IMG/VR virus record: IMGVR_UViG_3300034072_000375
Span: 10,819-74,818 of that record
From: a virus
Reading direction: 5' to 3' (one strand)
Length of the DNA: 64,000 nucleotides
Shown here: in pieces, positions 36,347-44,736 of the stretch
Numbering within the stretch: the first letter of the stretch is position 1
How the letters are laid out: every line of letters begins with the position of its first letter
Made by a program: the position numbers and the translations under genes
The notes under the pieces: generated by a model
What the model was told of the DNA's origin: nothing
What the model saw: only the letters and a program-made list of their open reading frames with translations
The model's database searches: none

Positions 36347-36601
36347 TTGCAATCTAAAATTGATAGTCTTATAGAGTCCATACTGAATGTTGGGATTGGC
36401 TTTGGAGTCTCTGTAGTAGCTAACTTCGTAATCTTCCCTTGGGTTGGTATTACAGCTTCTACAACCCAAGTTATTGCAGTCGGAATTTTTATGACGTTTG
36501 TAAGCGTAGCTAGATCATACTTCGTTCGCAGATGGGCTAATAAGTACCTTACTCAATTCCGAGAGAAGGTTGTGAACTTTTTAAAGAAGGAGGTTGCATG
36601 A
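36347..36601 (+). CDS. small two-TM membrane protein
   Basis: QSK..SLIES..NV.IG...SVARSY.VRRW, a conserved phage family. Confidence 0.75.
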   Translation: MQSKIDSLIESILNVGIGFGVSVVANFVIFPWVGITASTTQVIAVGIFMTFVSVARSYFVRRWANKYLTQFREKVVNFLKKEVA

Positions 36602-36942
36602 AAGAAGATTTAATTCGAATTGAAGATTACAAGCGGTATCTCACGGAATACTCAATTCCACGATGGAAGAGAAGGTCTGAGGATGTTAAGGCCAAATACA
36701 ACGCAGCCAAACAAGAGTACGAATCTGGGTGGTTCGCTAAGCTTTTTGGATGTAAATTTGAACACTCGGAAGCTGTTCGTTGGGGTTGGTGGGAGTTCCA
36801 TGAAGATGAGATTGAAGATCGTGAAGCAGAGCTTAACCGTTGCAATTATTTCGAGAAGTTGTTTAATACTCATATTCAACCATCCTTGAATATCCATAAA
36901 TCTTTCTATGAATGGTGCGAAGAAAATAAAGTACCTTATTGA
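36598..36942 (+). CDS. hypothetical protein
   Basis: AGGAGG RBS; last rightward gene. Confidence 0.7.
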   Translation: MKEDLIRIEDYKRYLTEYSIPRWKRRSEDVKAKYNAAKQEYESGWFAKLFGCKFEHSEAVRWGWWEFHEDEIEDREAELNRCNYFEKLFNTHIQPSLNIHKSFYEWCEENKVPY

Positions 36943-36947
36943 TTAGA

Positions 36948-36992
36948 CAAAAGAAAAGCCCCTGGAACCTTTTTATAGGCTCTCAGGGGCTT
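36948..36992 (-). terminator. terminator at the convergence of the middle and late operons
   Basis: AAGCCCCTG...CAGGGGCTT with TTTTCTTTTGTCTAATC tail on minus strand. Confidence 0.7.
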
Positions 36993-37075
36993 AGTTATAT
37001 CCGGGGTATACACACCCCTTAGTTTTTATTTTCAGGCTCTTCTTGGCCTGTTTTAATCGGTTTTAGAGCTATTCT
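36965..37075. repeat. phased element, copy 4 (core GGTATACACACCCCTTAGT)
   Basis: Shares ACCCCTTAGT with copy 1; phased AT/GC flanks. Confidence 0.5.
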
Positions 37076-37577
37076 GCAATCTGAGCTTGTCTAGCTTTTC
37101 CTTTACAGTATCGTATTGCCTATAACAACTCAGCAAACCTTGTCTCAGGGTTTCGGTGGTAAGACCATATTGCGCAAGATTTTCTCCATCTGCTCTTGAG
37201 AGTTTTCCAACAATATCTTTTGGTCTACTTTCTGCATCTCCGGGATTTCCGGGATTGTCGCTGGCACTGTGATGCTTGGGCAAGTTTGACAACCAGCGAT
37301 GAAGAGACTCGTAACGAGCATTAGCACTAGCGAGATTTTTCTTGTATTCAGCATCGGCTTTTTCCTTCTCTTTTTTGAGTTTAATACTTTCATCTTTAGC
37401 AATTTCGATTTGTCTAAAGACTTCTTTAGAGTATTCTAGCTTCAGTTCATTTGTGGCTTGTGTTACTGCTTTATTGACTTCAACTCTGTGCCAAACAAAA
37501 AGAGAGATAAGAACAATAACCAGAATAGTAAGTTTAACTTGCCAGCCGCCTAGTAGATTAGTTATAATCCCAAGCAT
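37053..37577 (-). CDS. Rz-like i-spanin
   Basis: N-terminal TM plus coiled coil, C-terminal Cys, follows the endolysin. Confidence 0.8.
   Translation of the reverse strand: MLGIITNLLGGWQVKLTILVIVLISLFVWHRVEVNKAVTQATNELKLEYSKEVFRQIEIAKDESIKLKKEKEKADAEYKKNLASANARYESLHRWLSNLPKHHSASDNPGNPGDAESRPKDIVGKLSRADGENLAQYGLTTETLRQGLLSCYRQYDTVKEKLDKLRLQNSSKTD
37145..37354 (-). CDS. Rz1-like o-spanin lipoprotein embedded in the i-spanin gene
   Basis: MLNTRKISLVLMLVTSLFIAG-C lipobox, Pro-rich, alternate frame inside Rz. Confidence 0.8.
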   Translation of the reverse strand: MLNTRKISLVLMLVTSLFIAGCQTCPSITVPATIPEIPEMQKVDQKILLENSQEQMEKILRNMVLPPKP

Positions 37578-38047
37578 TGTTTATTCTCCTGCTGTCTACG
37601 TTTAGTCAACCCCGGAAGTGGTTTACCTTTGAACTTATCCCACTTTAGGATTTCATTACAGGCACCTTCGTAGTCATAAGTGTTTAACTTCTTAACAAGA
37701 GTGCTCGAACAAAATGCCTTAGCGCCGATATTGTAGCTGAGAGAAACAAAGCTATCGTACTCATTCTGAGCAAGAGGCACTTTGATACAAACCTTTATTT
37801 GCTTCTCAAATATGCTTACAGTATTACCAAGAAGTTCTGTTGCTTCTTTTCTGGTAATCTTGTCTCCTAGTTGAACTTTAGAGCCATCTGCGTAAGTTGT
37901 ATTGCCAAATCCGATAGTTGGCACATCTCCCGGCACTGGAATGTAAGCTTTATCTCTATAGCCTTCATGAACAGCTATACCACCAAGACCTGCAGCGGAT
38001 ATTACTAAAGCTATAATTGGTTTTCTAATCTTATCTGGTATAGCCAT
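37562..38047 (-). CDS. endolysin, GH24 lysozyme with probable SAR domain
   Basis: IIALVISAAGLGGIAVHEGY (SAR + Glu), DVPTIGFG, GLTKRRQQE. Confidence 0.92.
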   Translation of the reverse strand: MAIPDKIRKPIIALVISAAGLGGIAVHEGYRDKAYIPVPGDVPTIGFGNTTYADGSKVQLGDKITRKEATELLGNTVSIFEKQIKVCIKVPLAQNEYDSFVSLSYNIGAKAFCSSTLVKKLNTYDYEGACNEILKWDKFKGKPLPGLTKRRQQENKQCLGL

Positions 38048-38056
38048 ATCATCTCC

Positions 38057-38395
38057 TCAAATCAACCCTACAGCTTTAGCAATGAAACTAATAGCAGCCA
38101 CAGCAGCCATCCACATAGCTTTGTAAGCTAACCCTACGATTCTCTTAGTTTCTGGCTGTTCTTTCTCAAGAGCATCTAGACGTTTTTCTTGAAGGGTCTG
38201 TTCTTTCTTAATTTCTTCATAATGACTATAAAGATTCATTTGTTTTTCTTCAAGCCTGATTAAGCTTTTGATTGCTTCGGACATTTCTTTGTAACTCTCC
38301 CGCATATCGTTGCGCAAGTCAGTTACATCCCCGTGCAATGAACTGATACGCTCGGCAATTACTTGAACGGTGGCTTCTTCTTTATTCTCCTGCAT
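38057..38395 (-). CDS. putative holin/antiholin (coiled coil + C-terminal TM)
   Basis: Position upstream of the endolysin; C-terminal hydrophobic helix. Confidence 0.55.
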   Translation of the reverse strand: MQENKEEATVQVIAERISSLHGDVTDLRNDMRESYKEMSEAIKSLIRLEEKQMNLYSHYEEIKKEQTLQEKRLDALEKEQPETKRIVGLAYKAMWMAAVAAISFIAKAVGLI

Positions 38396-38475
38396 AAATC
38401 CTCTATTTCTTCTTCCTTTTGTATGAAAAACCAATTAGGAGTGAACACCTGCGGCTTGTAGGTACTTCTCGTAGT

Positions 38476-38937
38476 TCACAGTGCGATCCCCCCCGCTTGA
38501 ATGAACAAGGCGTCAAGCTGCTCGTCTGTCATGCCCAGCCCAGCGGCGGTAGCATTGAGAAACGGGCTGGAGCGCTCCCATGTCAGGGTGTCGTTGAGCG
38601 CCACGTCGGCAAGTGCGCGCTGTGTTGGGTCTTGGATAGATGCCGCGTAATCGAGCACTGCGCCCCACAAGCCCTGCATGATTAGGGCCGCTTTACCTTG
38701 GGCGCGGGTGATCTGTTGCGGAACGGGGATTGGCTGAGGCTCAGGCGGCACATAGGTGGCCTCTACTTCTGCAATTAGCGCCTCGTACTGAGCAGCGTCT
38801 GCGCCAAGATCAGCGCGGAGCATATCCATCTGTGCATTGCTGTACGCTTGGCACTTGATGACCACATCGTTTTCATCAACCCATGTGGCTTCAAGTGCCG
38901 GTGCATTTTCGTAGCGGATCAGTTGTTTGAGGGTCAC
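38476..38937 (-). CDS. tail fibre-associated/assembly protein
   Basis: VPQQITRAQ...LG.T.EQLDALF..A motif; follows the fibre gene; GC-rich. Confidence 0.7.
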   Translation of the reverse strand: MTLKQLIRYENAPALEATWVDENDVVIKCQAYSNAQMDMLRADLGADAAQYEALIAEVEATYVPPEPQPIPVPQQITRAQGKAALIMQGLWGAVLDYAASIQDPTQRALADVALNDTLTWERSSPFLNATAAGLGMTDEQLDALFIQAGGIAL

Positions 38938-40385
38938 GATGTGGCTCCTTTGATGATGGTGAAATTAATGCGCAGCGCCTCGGACAAAGACCCCGCAGAA
39001 ATATTTTTTACGGTTATGTGTGCCCCTGAGGCTAAGACAGAACACGACACTGAGTACTTTTCAGTTGGGTAGCCAATAATTGAAAAGGCGTCGGTTGTTA
39101 AAATTAATGCATCTACTGGTGTGATTAGATTGTTATTCAATTGAAAAGTCGCCAAAGCACCAGCAGCCAACGCCGCGTTGTGCATCGTGATCTGACCAGT
39201 CGGCTTATTCAGCGCCACCGGTGTGGTCTTGCTCGTATCTTGCACCACAGTCCCGCCAGCGCCTGCCCCGTAGCCAAGTGCGCCGCTTGTGGCTAGGACA
39301 TTGCCGGTGGTGGGGTCGATGCGCATGCGGTCTGCATTGCCTACGAAGAAGGTGAGCGGGAGATATGCGCCTGAGCCGGTCTTATATGACGCAAGCGTAA
39401 CGGCAGCCACATCAACGACGAGTGCAGCGACAGACGCATTTTCTGAGTAACTTGACCTCGCTGAAACAGCAGCATAAGTGGCTGTGCCGTTTGGAACAAT
39501 GGTTAGGTCTGTTGCATCGTTCGCCACCCCGGTCTGAAACAGCGTCCGGTTAGCAACCGTGCCGTTGCTGAAATCGCCAGTGATGCGCCGACCGGTGCCA
39601 GTGAAGTTGATGTTCCCGTCAACATCTCCACCCGTCTTGTCGAACTTGGCACTCACCTGAGATTGTAGTTTTCCGATGGCAGCAAGCACAGTGTCTGCTG
39701 CTACTACCACAGCGTTTGTCGCAGTGCTAAGTCCGGTAAGGGTTGCTGCACGAACATCGGTGAAGAAGTCGCGCCAGGTCTTGTCGCCTCGCCAGTATTT
39801 CTCTGTAGGTGCGGATACAGGTGCTGCGATTACTGGCTCTTTTCCATTTAGGGCTGTTTGGGTGGCGCTTGAGATGGGTTTGTTGGCATCGCTTGTGTTG
39901 TCCACATTGCCCAGGCCCACATCGTCCTTGGTAAGAACTACCTCACCCACCCGACCGGCAACAGAAGTAACCGCATCCGTAGAGTCGATCTTATCCCAGT
40001 CGGTGCCGTTATAAATGAGGCTATCGCCTACACTGTATTCTACTCCGCCCAACGTCCCGGCGACACTGATCTTGTAGTAGTCACCAAGCGACGGGGTGGC
40101 GGGGTATGCCCCCGAAGCAGCCGAGTGCGATCCGCGATAGATAAGACCTCCGGTTACGGTGGTCTGAGCCCTATCTGCCCAATGTTTAGCAGAATACTTG
40201 CCAGTCTCAACCTCTACTCCGGGTGCAGCATCAGCCCACTGCTGTGCCTTTACACTAGCAGAAGTAGCAGCCGTAGAGGCGGCTTGTGCTGCTGCAACAG
40301 TTCCATCTAATATAGCCTCGAAGTTATTAAGTTCTCTCCGAATATCCGGGCCGGGTTGCCCGTCATAAAATCTCTGTGTTGCCAT
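38934..40385 (-). CDS. tail fibre protein
   Basis: YSAKHWA, VTSVAGRVG.V.LTKDDVGLGNVDNTSDANKPIS.ATQ fibre motifs. Confidence 0.85.
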   Translation of the reverse strand: MATQRFYDGQPGPDIRRELNNFEAILDGTVAAAQAASTAATSASVKAQQWADAAPGVEVETGKYSAKHWADRAQTTVTGGLIYRGSHSAASGAYPATPSLGDYYKISVAGTLGGVEYSVGDSLIYNGTDWDKIDSTDAVTSVAGRVGEVVLTKDDVGLGNVDNTSDANKPISSATQTALNGKEPVIAAPVSAPTEKYWRGDKTWRDFFTDVRAATLTGLSTATNAVVVAADTVLAAIGKLQSQVSAKFDKTGGDVDGNINFTGTGRRITGDFSNGTVANRTLFQTGVANDATDLTIVPNGTATYAAVSARSSYSENASVAALVVDVAAVTLASYKTGSGAYLPLTFFVGNADRMRIDPTTGNVLATSGALGYGAGAGGTVVQDTSKTTPVALNKPTGQITMHNAALAAGALATFQLNNNLITPVDALILTTDAFSIIGYPTEKYSVSCSVLASGAHITVKNISAGSLSEALRINFTIIKGATS

Positions 40386-40387
40386 AT

Positions 40388-41209
40388 TTAGAATCCTTCA
40401 ATCTGAAATGTTGTATTGTGTAGGTTAAAAGCCGAGAAGGATATAGACCCTGCTTGAGAGGGTTTACCATAAATACTATAGTCCCTTTCTAATACAGGAT
40501 CATCATGCTCGGCTAGTAAAGAGATAAATAAAAACTTACCTACACCTCTTGATATTAACTGTCTAACCCGCTCTCTATCTATGTTATCAATCCAACCTAG
40601 ATCAAATTGCAGTGTACTATTACGTGGCCCCCAGTCTGATTTAATATCACCACTGGCTGTGCGGGTGTTTTGTGTGAGGTCATTAACCCCAATAGAAGCA
40701 CCATAACTCGCCCCGTACTTAGGGGCATGATAACCTCCTGTGATAATCCTAGACATATCAATAAAAGTATTATCAGGGTTCGTAATATCAATAACGACAC
40801 GACGACACGCTACTTGTTCAGAGAGGTAGCAAGCTGTAATAGGGGCTACACCGTCTGTAAAGGCGTTTACATTCAATGCCTGAGAGAAATCCCAGTTCTC
40901 TAATATCGTCCCAGGTGCTGCCCATTTCACCCCGGAATCAGCTAGAATCTGAGTTCCTGCTTCATCTAGGTACGCCCTTACTCGGATGGTACTGGATGGG
41001 CCAAGATTACTTGCAGGTATTACCGCAGCACCAACTGTTTCCAGCTTAAGCCATATTAGTGTAATAGTAGCAGACGAGGCAAGCACCCTGCAGACTTCAC
41101 CCTTGATGTCTGTTTTGAGTTTGTCGCTACCCATACCAGCAGCAGTATTGGCTACAGTAATAGTAGCACGATCTGCTGCGTTGTCGGTGATTATTCTAAT
41201 TTGAGGCAT
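40388..41209 (-). CDS. tail tip/distal tail protein
   Basis: Synteny within the tail module; beta-rich. Confidence 0.65.
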   Translation of the reverse strand: MPQIRIITDNAADRATITVANTAAGMGSDKLKTDIKGEVCRVLASSATITLIWLKLETVGAAVIPASNLGPSSTIRVRAYLDEAGTQILADSGVKWAAPGTILENWDFSQALNVNAFTDGVAPITACYLSEQVACRRVVIDITNPDNTFIDMSRIITGGYHAPKYGASYGASIGVNDLTQNTRTASGDIKSDWGPRNSTLQFDLGWIDNIDRERVRQLISRGVGKFLFISLLAEHDDPVLERDYSIYGKPSQAGSISFSAFNLHNTTFQIEGF

Positions 41210-41218
41210 TTTGGTTTA

Positions 41219-41881
41219 TTAGTAACCGGTTACGTCAACGAGTATAAGACTGCCACCGGCGGGTTGAACCACGATAGGCATACCATCAGTCGGGAGAAGT
41301 CCTACTGTCGTATCCTGTACTACTGCGTAATTGGCCCCGGTAAGTACTCCATCTACGTGAATCTTGGCTACTCCCGATCCGCCACCACTGTCAACTCCAA
41401 CCCTGACAGACGTAACACAAGCTGCCCACTGTCCCGCATAGGGGGCATTAACTTGTAAGGGCGGGAACCCTGCATCTGCATCACTAAAGTCAGGAACCTT
41501 ACCTACTGCACCAATTCTCATAACACTCCAGTCACTACTGAAAGTAACACCACCTCCTGCATCATATACATTTAGACCATATCCAGTTGATGCCGGTACT
41601 GTCTTATCAAAAATAAACCATTTTATGACTGCAGAAGATTCATAATTTGTGAATCTGTAAGTTACATTGGGCAAACTGTTGTTGCTAGAAACCACCACTG
41701 CACCTCCAGATATTGTCTGAATACACATCATTGGTGTATTCAGGCCGTATGCTGTAATTTCAACCCCAAATTCAGAAGCCGGTACATTTATGGTTCCACT
41801 CTGCGCTAGGGCAAGGTTGACATAATTTTCATCTACTTGCACTGAACCTGAATTACCAACTACTCTAAAGCCGTAAGGCAT
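41219..41881 (-). CDS. tail tip accessory protein (MPYGF...)
   Basis: AGGAG RBS before ATG 41881; YGL.VYDA.G..TFSS repeat typical of tail-tip proteins. Confidence 0.75.
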   Translation of the reverse strand: MPYGFRVVGNSGSVQVDENYVNLALAQSGTINVPASEFGVEITAYGLNTPMMCIQTISGGAVVVSSNNSLPNVTYRFTNYESSAVIKWFIFDKTVPASTGYGLNVYDAGGGVTFSSDWSVMRIGAVGKVPDFSDADAGFPPLQVNAPYAGQWAACVTSVRVGVDSGGGSGVAKIHVDGVLTGANYAVVQDTTVGLLPTDGMPIVVQPAGGSLILVDVTGY

Positions 41882-41963
41882 ATTTTCACTCCTAAATTCT
41901 GATAATATATCAATAGACTGAGGGGTGTTGTCTAAACCACCCACACCACCCCCACCACACGCA

Positions 41964-42236
41964 CTAATAACTACCAAAGATGACAACAGAATCTTGTGGC
42001 GCAAAGAACGTATTGGAGAAAGTCCACGTAATTGTATTACCCGATGTAGAAAGGCTGGGAGAACCCGTTGTTGCCCCCATAAGGTCAGCAAAGAACGTGC
42101 CATCGACTGTACCATTGTATGTATAACTTCCATTTGTTGTTCCTGTATTTATTCTACCTATAACTCTACCAAGACTGTGCGTTGAATCAAACACGGTTCC
42201 TCCCGACGAGTTAAATACCTTTATACCGTAACTCAT
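41964..42236 (-). CDS. small tail tip protein (MSYGIKVF...)
   Basis: Same YG..VF...G..FDS motif; follows the J-like gene. Confidence 0.75.
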   Translation of the reverse strand: MSYGIKVFNSSGGTVFDSTHSLGRVIGRINTGTTNGSYTYNGTVDGTFFADLMGATTGSPSLSTSGNTITWTFSNTFFAPQDSVVIFGSY

Positions 42237-43288
42237 GCTAGTAAGTCCCCAATCCTTACACGCAGCACACCACTGGCATCAAACACCTTGATTACATTGT
42301 TCGTAATTTCAAGTCTTGCACCAGATGCTGCGCTTTTTACATTTAATGAACCACTAAAAGTAGCATTCCCTCCAACAACACTAAACCCCGGAGCATAGAC
42401 ATTGCCATCTGATGTAACCTGAAAATATTTCCCGTCATTTGCATTACCCAATAGCAAGCCATAAGGGCCTAAGTGAAACCCATTCTGTCCCGATGCGGGC
42501 CATGCGTAGCCGCTGAATCCGCCAGTATTTAGGCCGTTAGTGTTAATTCTAACTCCACCGATAGTACCGGTATTAGTCTGAATGTCACTGCCGCTAAAAG
42601 TACCTCCTGTAAAAGTCTCACCGGCAAAACTTCCACTCTTAATCTGTGTGGCTATGATCTGACCAGCATAGACAACCCCAGCAGCTAGTTGGCCTGCTCC
42701 AATCTGGTTAGCAGCAAGGCCATTGACGTAGGCAAGTGCGCCAAGGTTATTGACCTGAGTTTTGGCGTCCAAAGCACCCGTAACCTGTGTATTCAGGTTT
42801 ACAGTATTCAATAGGGCTAATGCACCCAAACCCGTTATATTACCCGAATTGAGTTGCCCCGCTACTTGTGTCTGCAAGTTCACATAATCCTGTGCCGCTA
42901 GTGACCCCAGTTTAGTGAGAGTGTATTTACCGTCGTAATTAATACCACCTACAGTAACTCTTGCACGGATAACGGCACTTGCTGTAGTCATACTGGTGTT
43001 GTTGATAACGCAGGTATTACCATTTGGAGATAAGGTTAGCGCACCTGTGACAACAGACCAAACAACCTCACCAGTCAGCCCGCCCTTTAACTCTGCGGTT
43101 AGCGTAATAGAGGTAGGGTTGTTTACTCCAGCAAAAGTACTAGACGTAGCTGTAATATCTACTCTACGCCCCGCATTAGCCAGCGCAGCATCTAACCCTT
43201 CAATATTACTGATAGGGATAGGAATAGGTGCAAGTCGAGGAGATGTAGCTTGAAGCAGTAAATCCCTCGTATTAACAATTGCACTCAT
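42233..43288 (-). CDS. tail tip / J C-terminal-like protein
   Basis: Three LG(S/A)LA repeats; C-terminal ARLEITNNVIKVFD.SGVLRVRIG as in gpJ-like tips. Confidence 0.75.
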   Translation of the reverse strand: MSAIVNTRDLLLQATSPRLAPIPIPISNIEGLDAALANAGRRVDITATSSTFAGVNNPTSITLTAELKGGLTGEVVWSVVTGALTLSPNGNTCVINNTSMTTASAVIRARVTVGGINYDGKYTLTKLGSLAAQDYVNLQTQVAGQLNSGNITGLGALALLNTVNLNTQVTGALDAKTQVNNLGALAYVNGLAANQIGAGQLAAGVVYAGQIIATQIKSGSFAGETFTGGTFSGSDIQTNTGTIGGVRINTNGLNTGGFSGYAWPASGQNGFHLGPYGLLLGNANDGKYFQVTSDGNVYAPGFSVVGGNATFSGSLNVKSAASGARLEITNNVIKVFDASGVLRVRIGDLLA

Positions 43289-44736
43289 ATAAGAACCTCT
43301 ATGGTAACTCGTCTAGAAACCCAATCAGACTGAATACCTACAACAATACCCGTCTTACCTTCGGATAAACCAAATCTAGGAGATACTAGCGTCAATGCCT
43401 GACCAAGTGGTACAGTGAGTAAGTGCGAGTAACCTACAAACTTATACACCGTTCTCGGTTGTTGCCATAAGGTCAGCAAGCGATTCGCCTCTGCTGTAGC
43501 ATCTGATTCCGTAAGTAGTAACGTATCAGTCTGAACAGGCTCAGTATTAAGCTTATAAGTATCTGCTACACTTTGGTTCTTCGCTGTTACACTAAGGTAT
43601 TCTTGCATGAATAAGTCTTTGTGTGAAGCAGGTAATCCTGTATTAAGACCAGTCTGCGTAGTATAGTTTTTACAGTAGCCAACCTTAATCGCAGCCTTCA
43701 CGTCAACCCTTTCCTTAATCTCCAGAGACTTAGCGACATAATCCGAAGGTGTAACCACCAATGGTGTTCCTGTAGCCGGTAGGGTAATCTTCAACAAGCG
43801 AAGCAAGCCCTCTCTAGACATGGAAATCTGCGCACCAACAGAACTAGCTAACTGTTGACACACTTCAATAACATTTGATCTGTCATTCAAGTACACCCCC
43901 ACCGGCTGAGGGTGTTCGGTATTGAATGCTGCAAATTGAGCAGTATCAATATCAGCAGTAGTCAACCTGTCAGATACTTTACCGTATCCCGTTACGAGTC
44001 TAGTGATCGTATCAGCAATACGGTTAGAGTAAGTAGTAGGCTTATCTCCTTGTACACTACAAGTAATTGTTCCGGCTTGTTGAGCAACAAGTGTAAAAGT
44101 GCCATCAATCAGCGATTCGTTTATACTGACGGGTACTCCGTTATCTCGGACTTCAATCAGGCGTTCAATTGCTGATCCGTGTACTTTGTATTTCAAAGTA
44201 GCAGGGTCTACCAGAAGAGGCTCTACATTGTGTACTTCACCAAAACACAAAGGAATTAATCTATCCTTGTTGGACGTAGTACCACCAAGCAAGGTTTCGC
44301 TTACAGGGGTATTAAGTCTTTGCAATTTATCACGCAAGGATATGTTTAGACGATTAGCTGCTCTACTGTTAATGTTGGCCACAATTCCTGTGAAGATTAA
44401 TCTAAAGTCTGCACGAACCCAAGACACATCCCCAATATAGATTCTGATAGGCTTATTGACCCATATATCGTCTAGCCATGAATCTAGTAAACCATCATCA
44501 TTATTAAGTTCAATATCCCCTACACTAAGTGTAGCACTACCGTCCAGAGGCAAGGTTTCCGTAAAGGCAACCCCACCAGATACTACGGGCGAATATACCC
44601 GGTTCGCTGGTGAATCTGTTGGTAGAGTAGTATACGCAACTGTACTAAGATAACGAGGAACAGTAGTATCTACTTCTACGAGTAGCGTGTACCGTCCTCC
44701 TTTCTTTAGCCAATCTGTAAATTCAATCTCTGTCAA
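43285..44736 (-). CDS. tail hub/baseplate protein
   Basis: IPLCFGEVHNVEP motif; directly after TMP. Confidence 0.75.
   Translation of the reverse strand: MTEIEFTDWLKKGGRYTLLVEVDTTVPRYLSTVAYTTLPTDSPANRVYSPVVSGGVAFTETLPLDGSATLSVGDIELNNDDGLLDSWLDDIWVNKPIRIYIGDVSWVRADFRLIFTGIVANINSRAANRLNISLRDKLQRLNTPVSETLLGGTTSNKDRLIPLCFGEVHNVEPLLVDPATLKYKVHGSAIERLIEVRDNGVPVSINESLIDGTFTLVAQQAGTITCSVQGDKPTTYSNRIADTITRLVTGYGKVSDRLTTADIDTAQFAAFNTEHPQPVGVYLNDRSNVIEVCQQLASSVGAQISMSREGLLRLLKITLPATGTPLVVTPSDYVAKSLEIKERVDVKAAIKVGYCKNYTTQTGLNTGLPASHKDLFMQEYLSVTAKNQSVADTYKLNTEPVQTDTLLLTESDATAEANRLLTLWQQPRTVYKFVGYSHLLTVPLGQALTLVSPRFGLSEGKTGIVVGIQSDWVSRRVTIEVLI

Noticed and set aside
41882-42133. N-terminal extension of ORF 41219..42133 from ATG 42133
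   Set aside because: Overlaps the real 41964..42236 gene; strong RBS supports 41881. Only the lipobox segment from 42004 was kept as a finding
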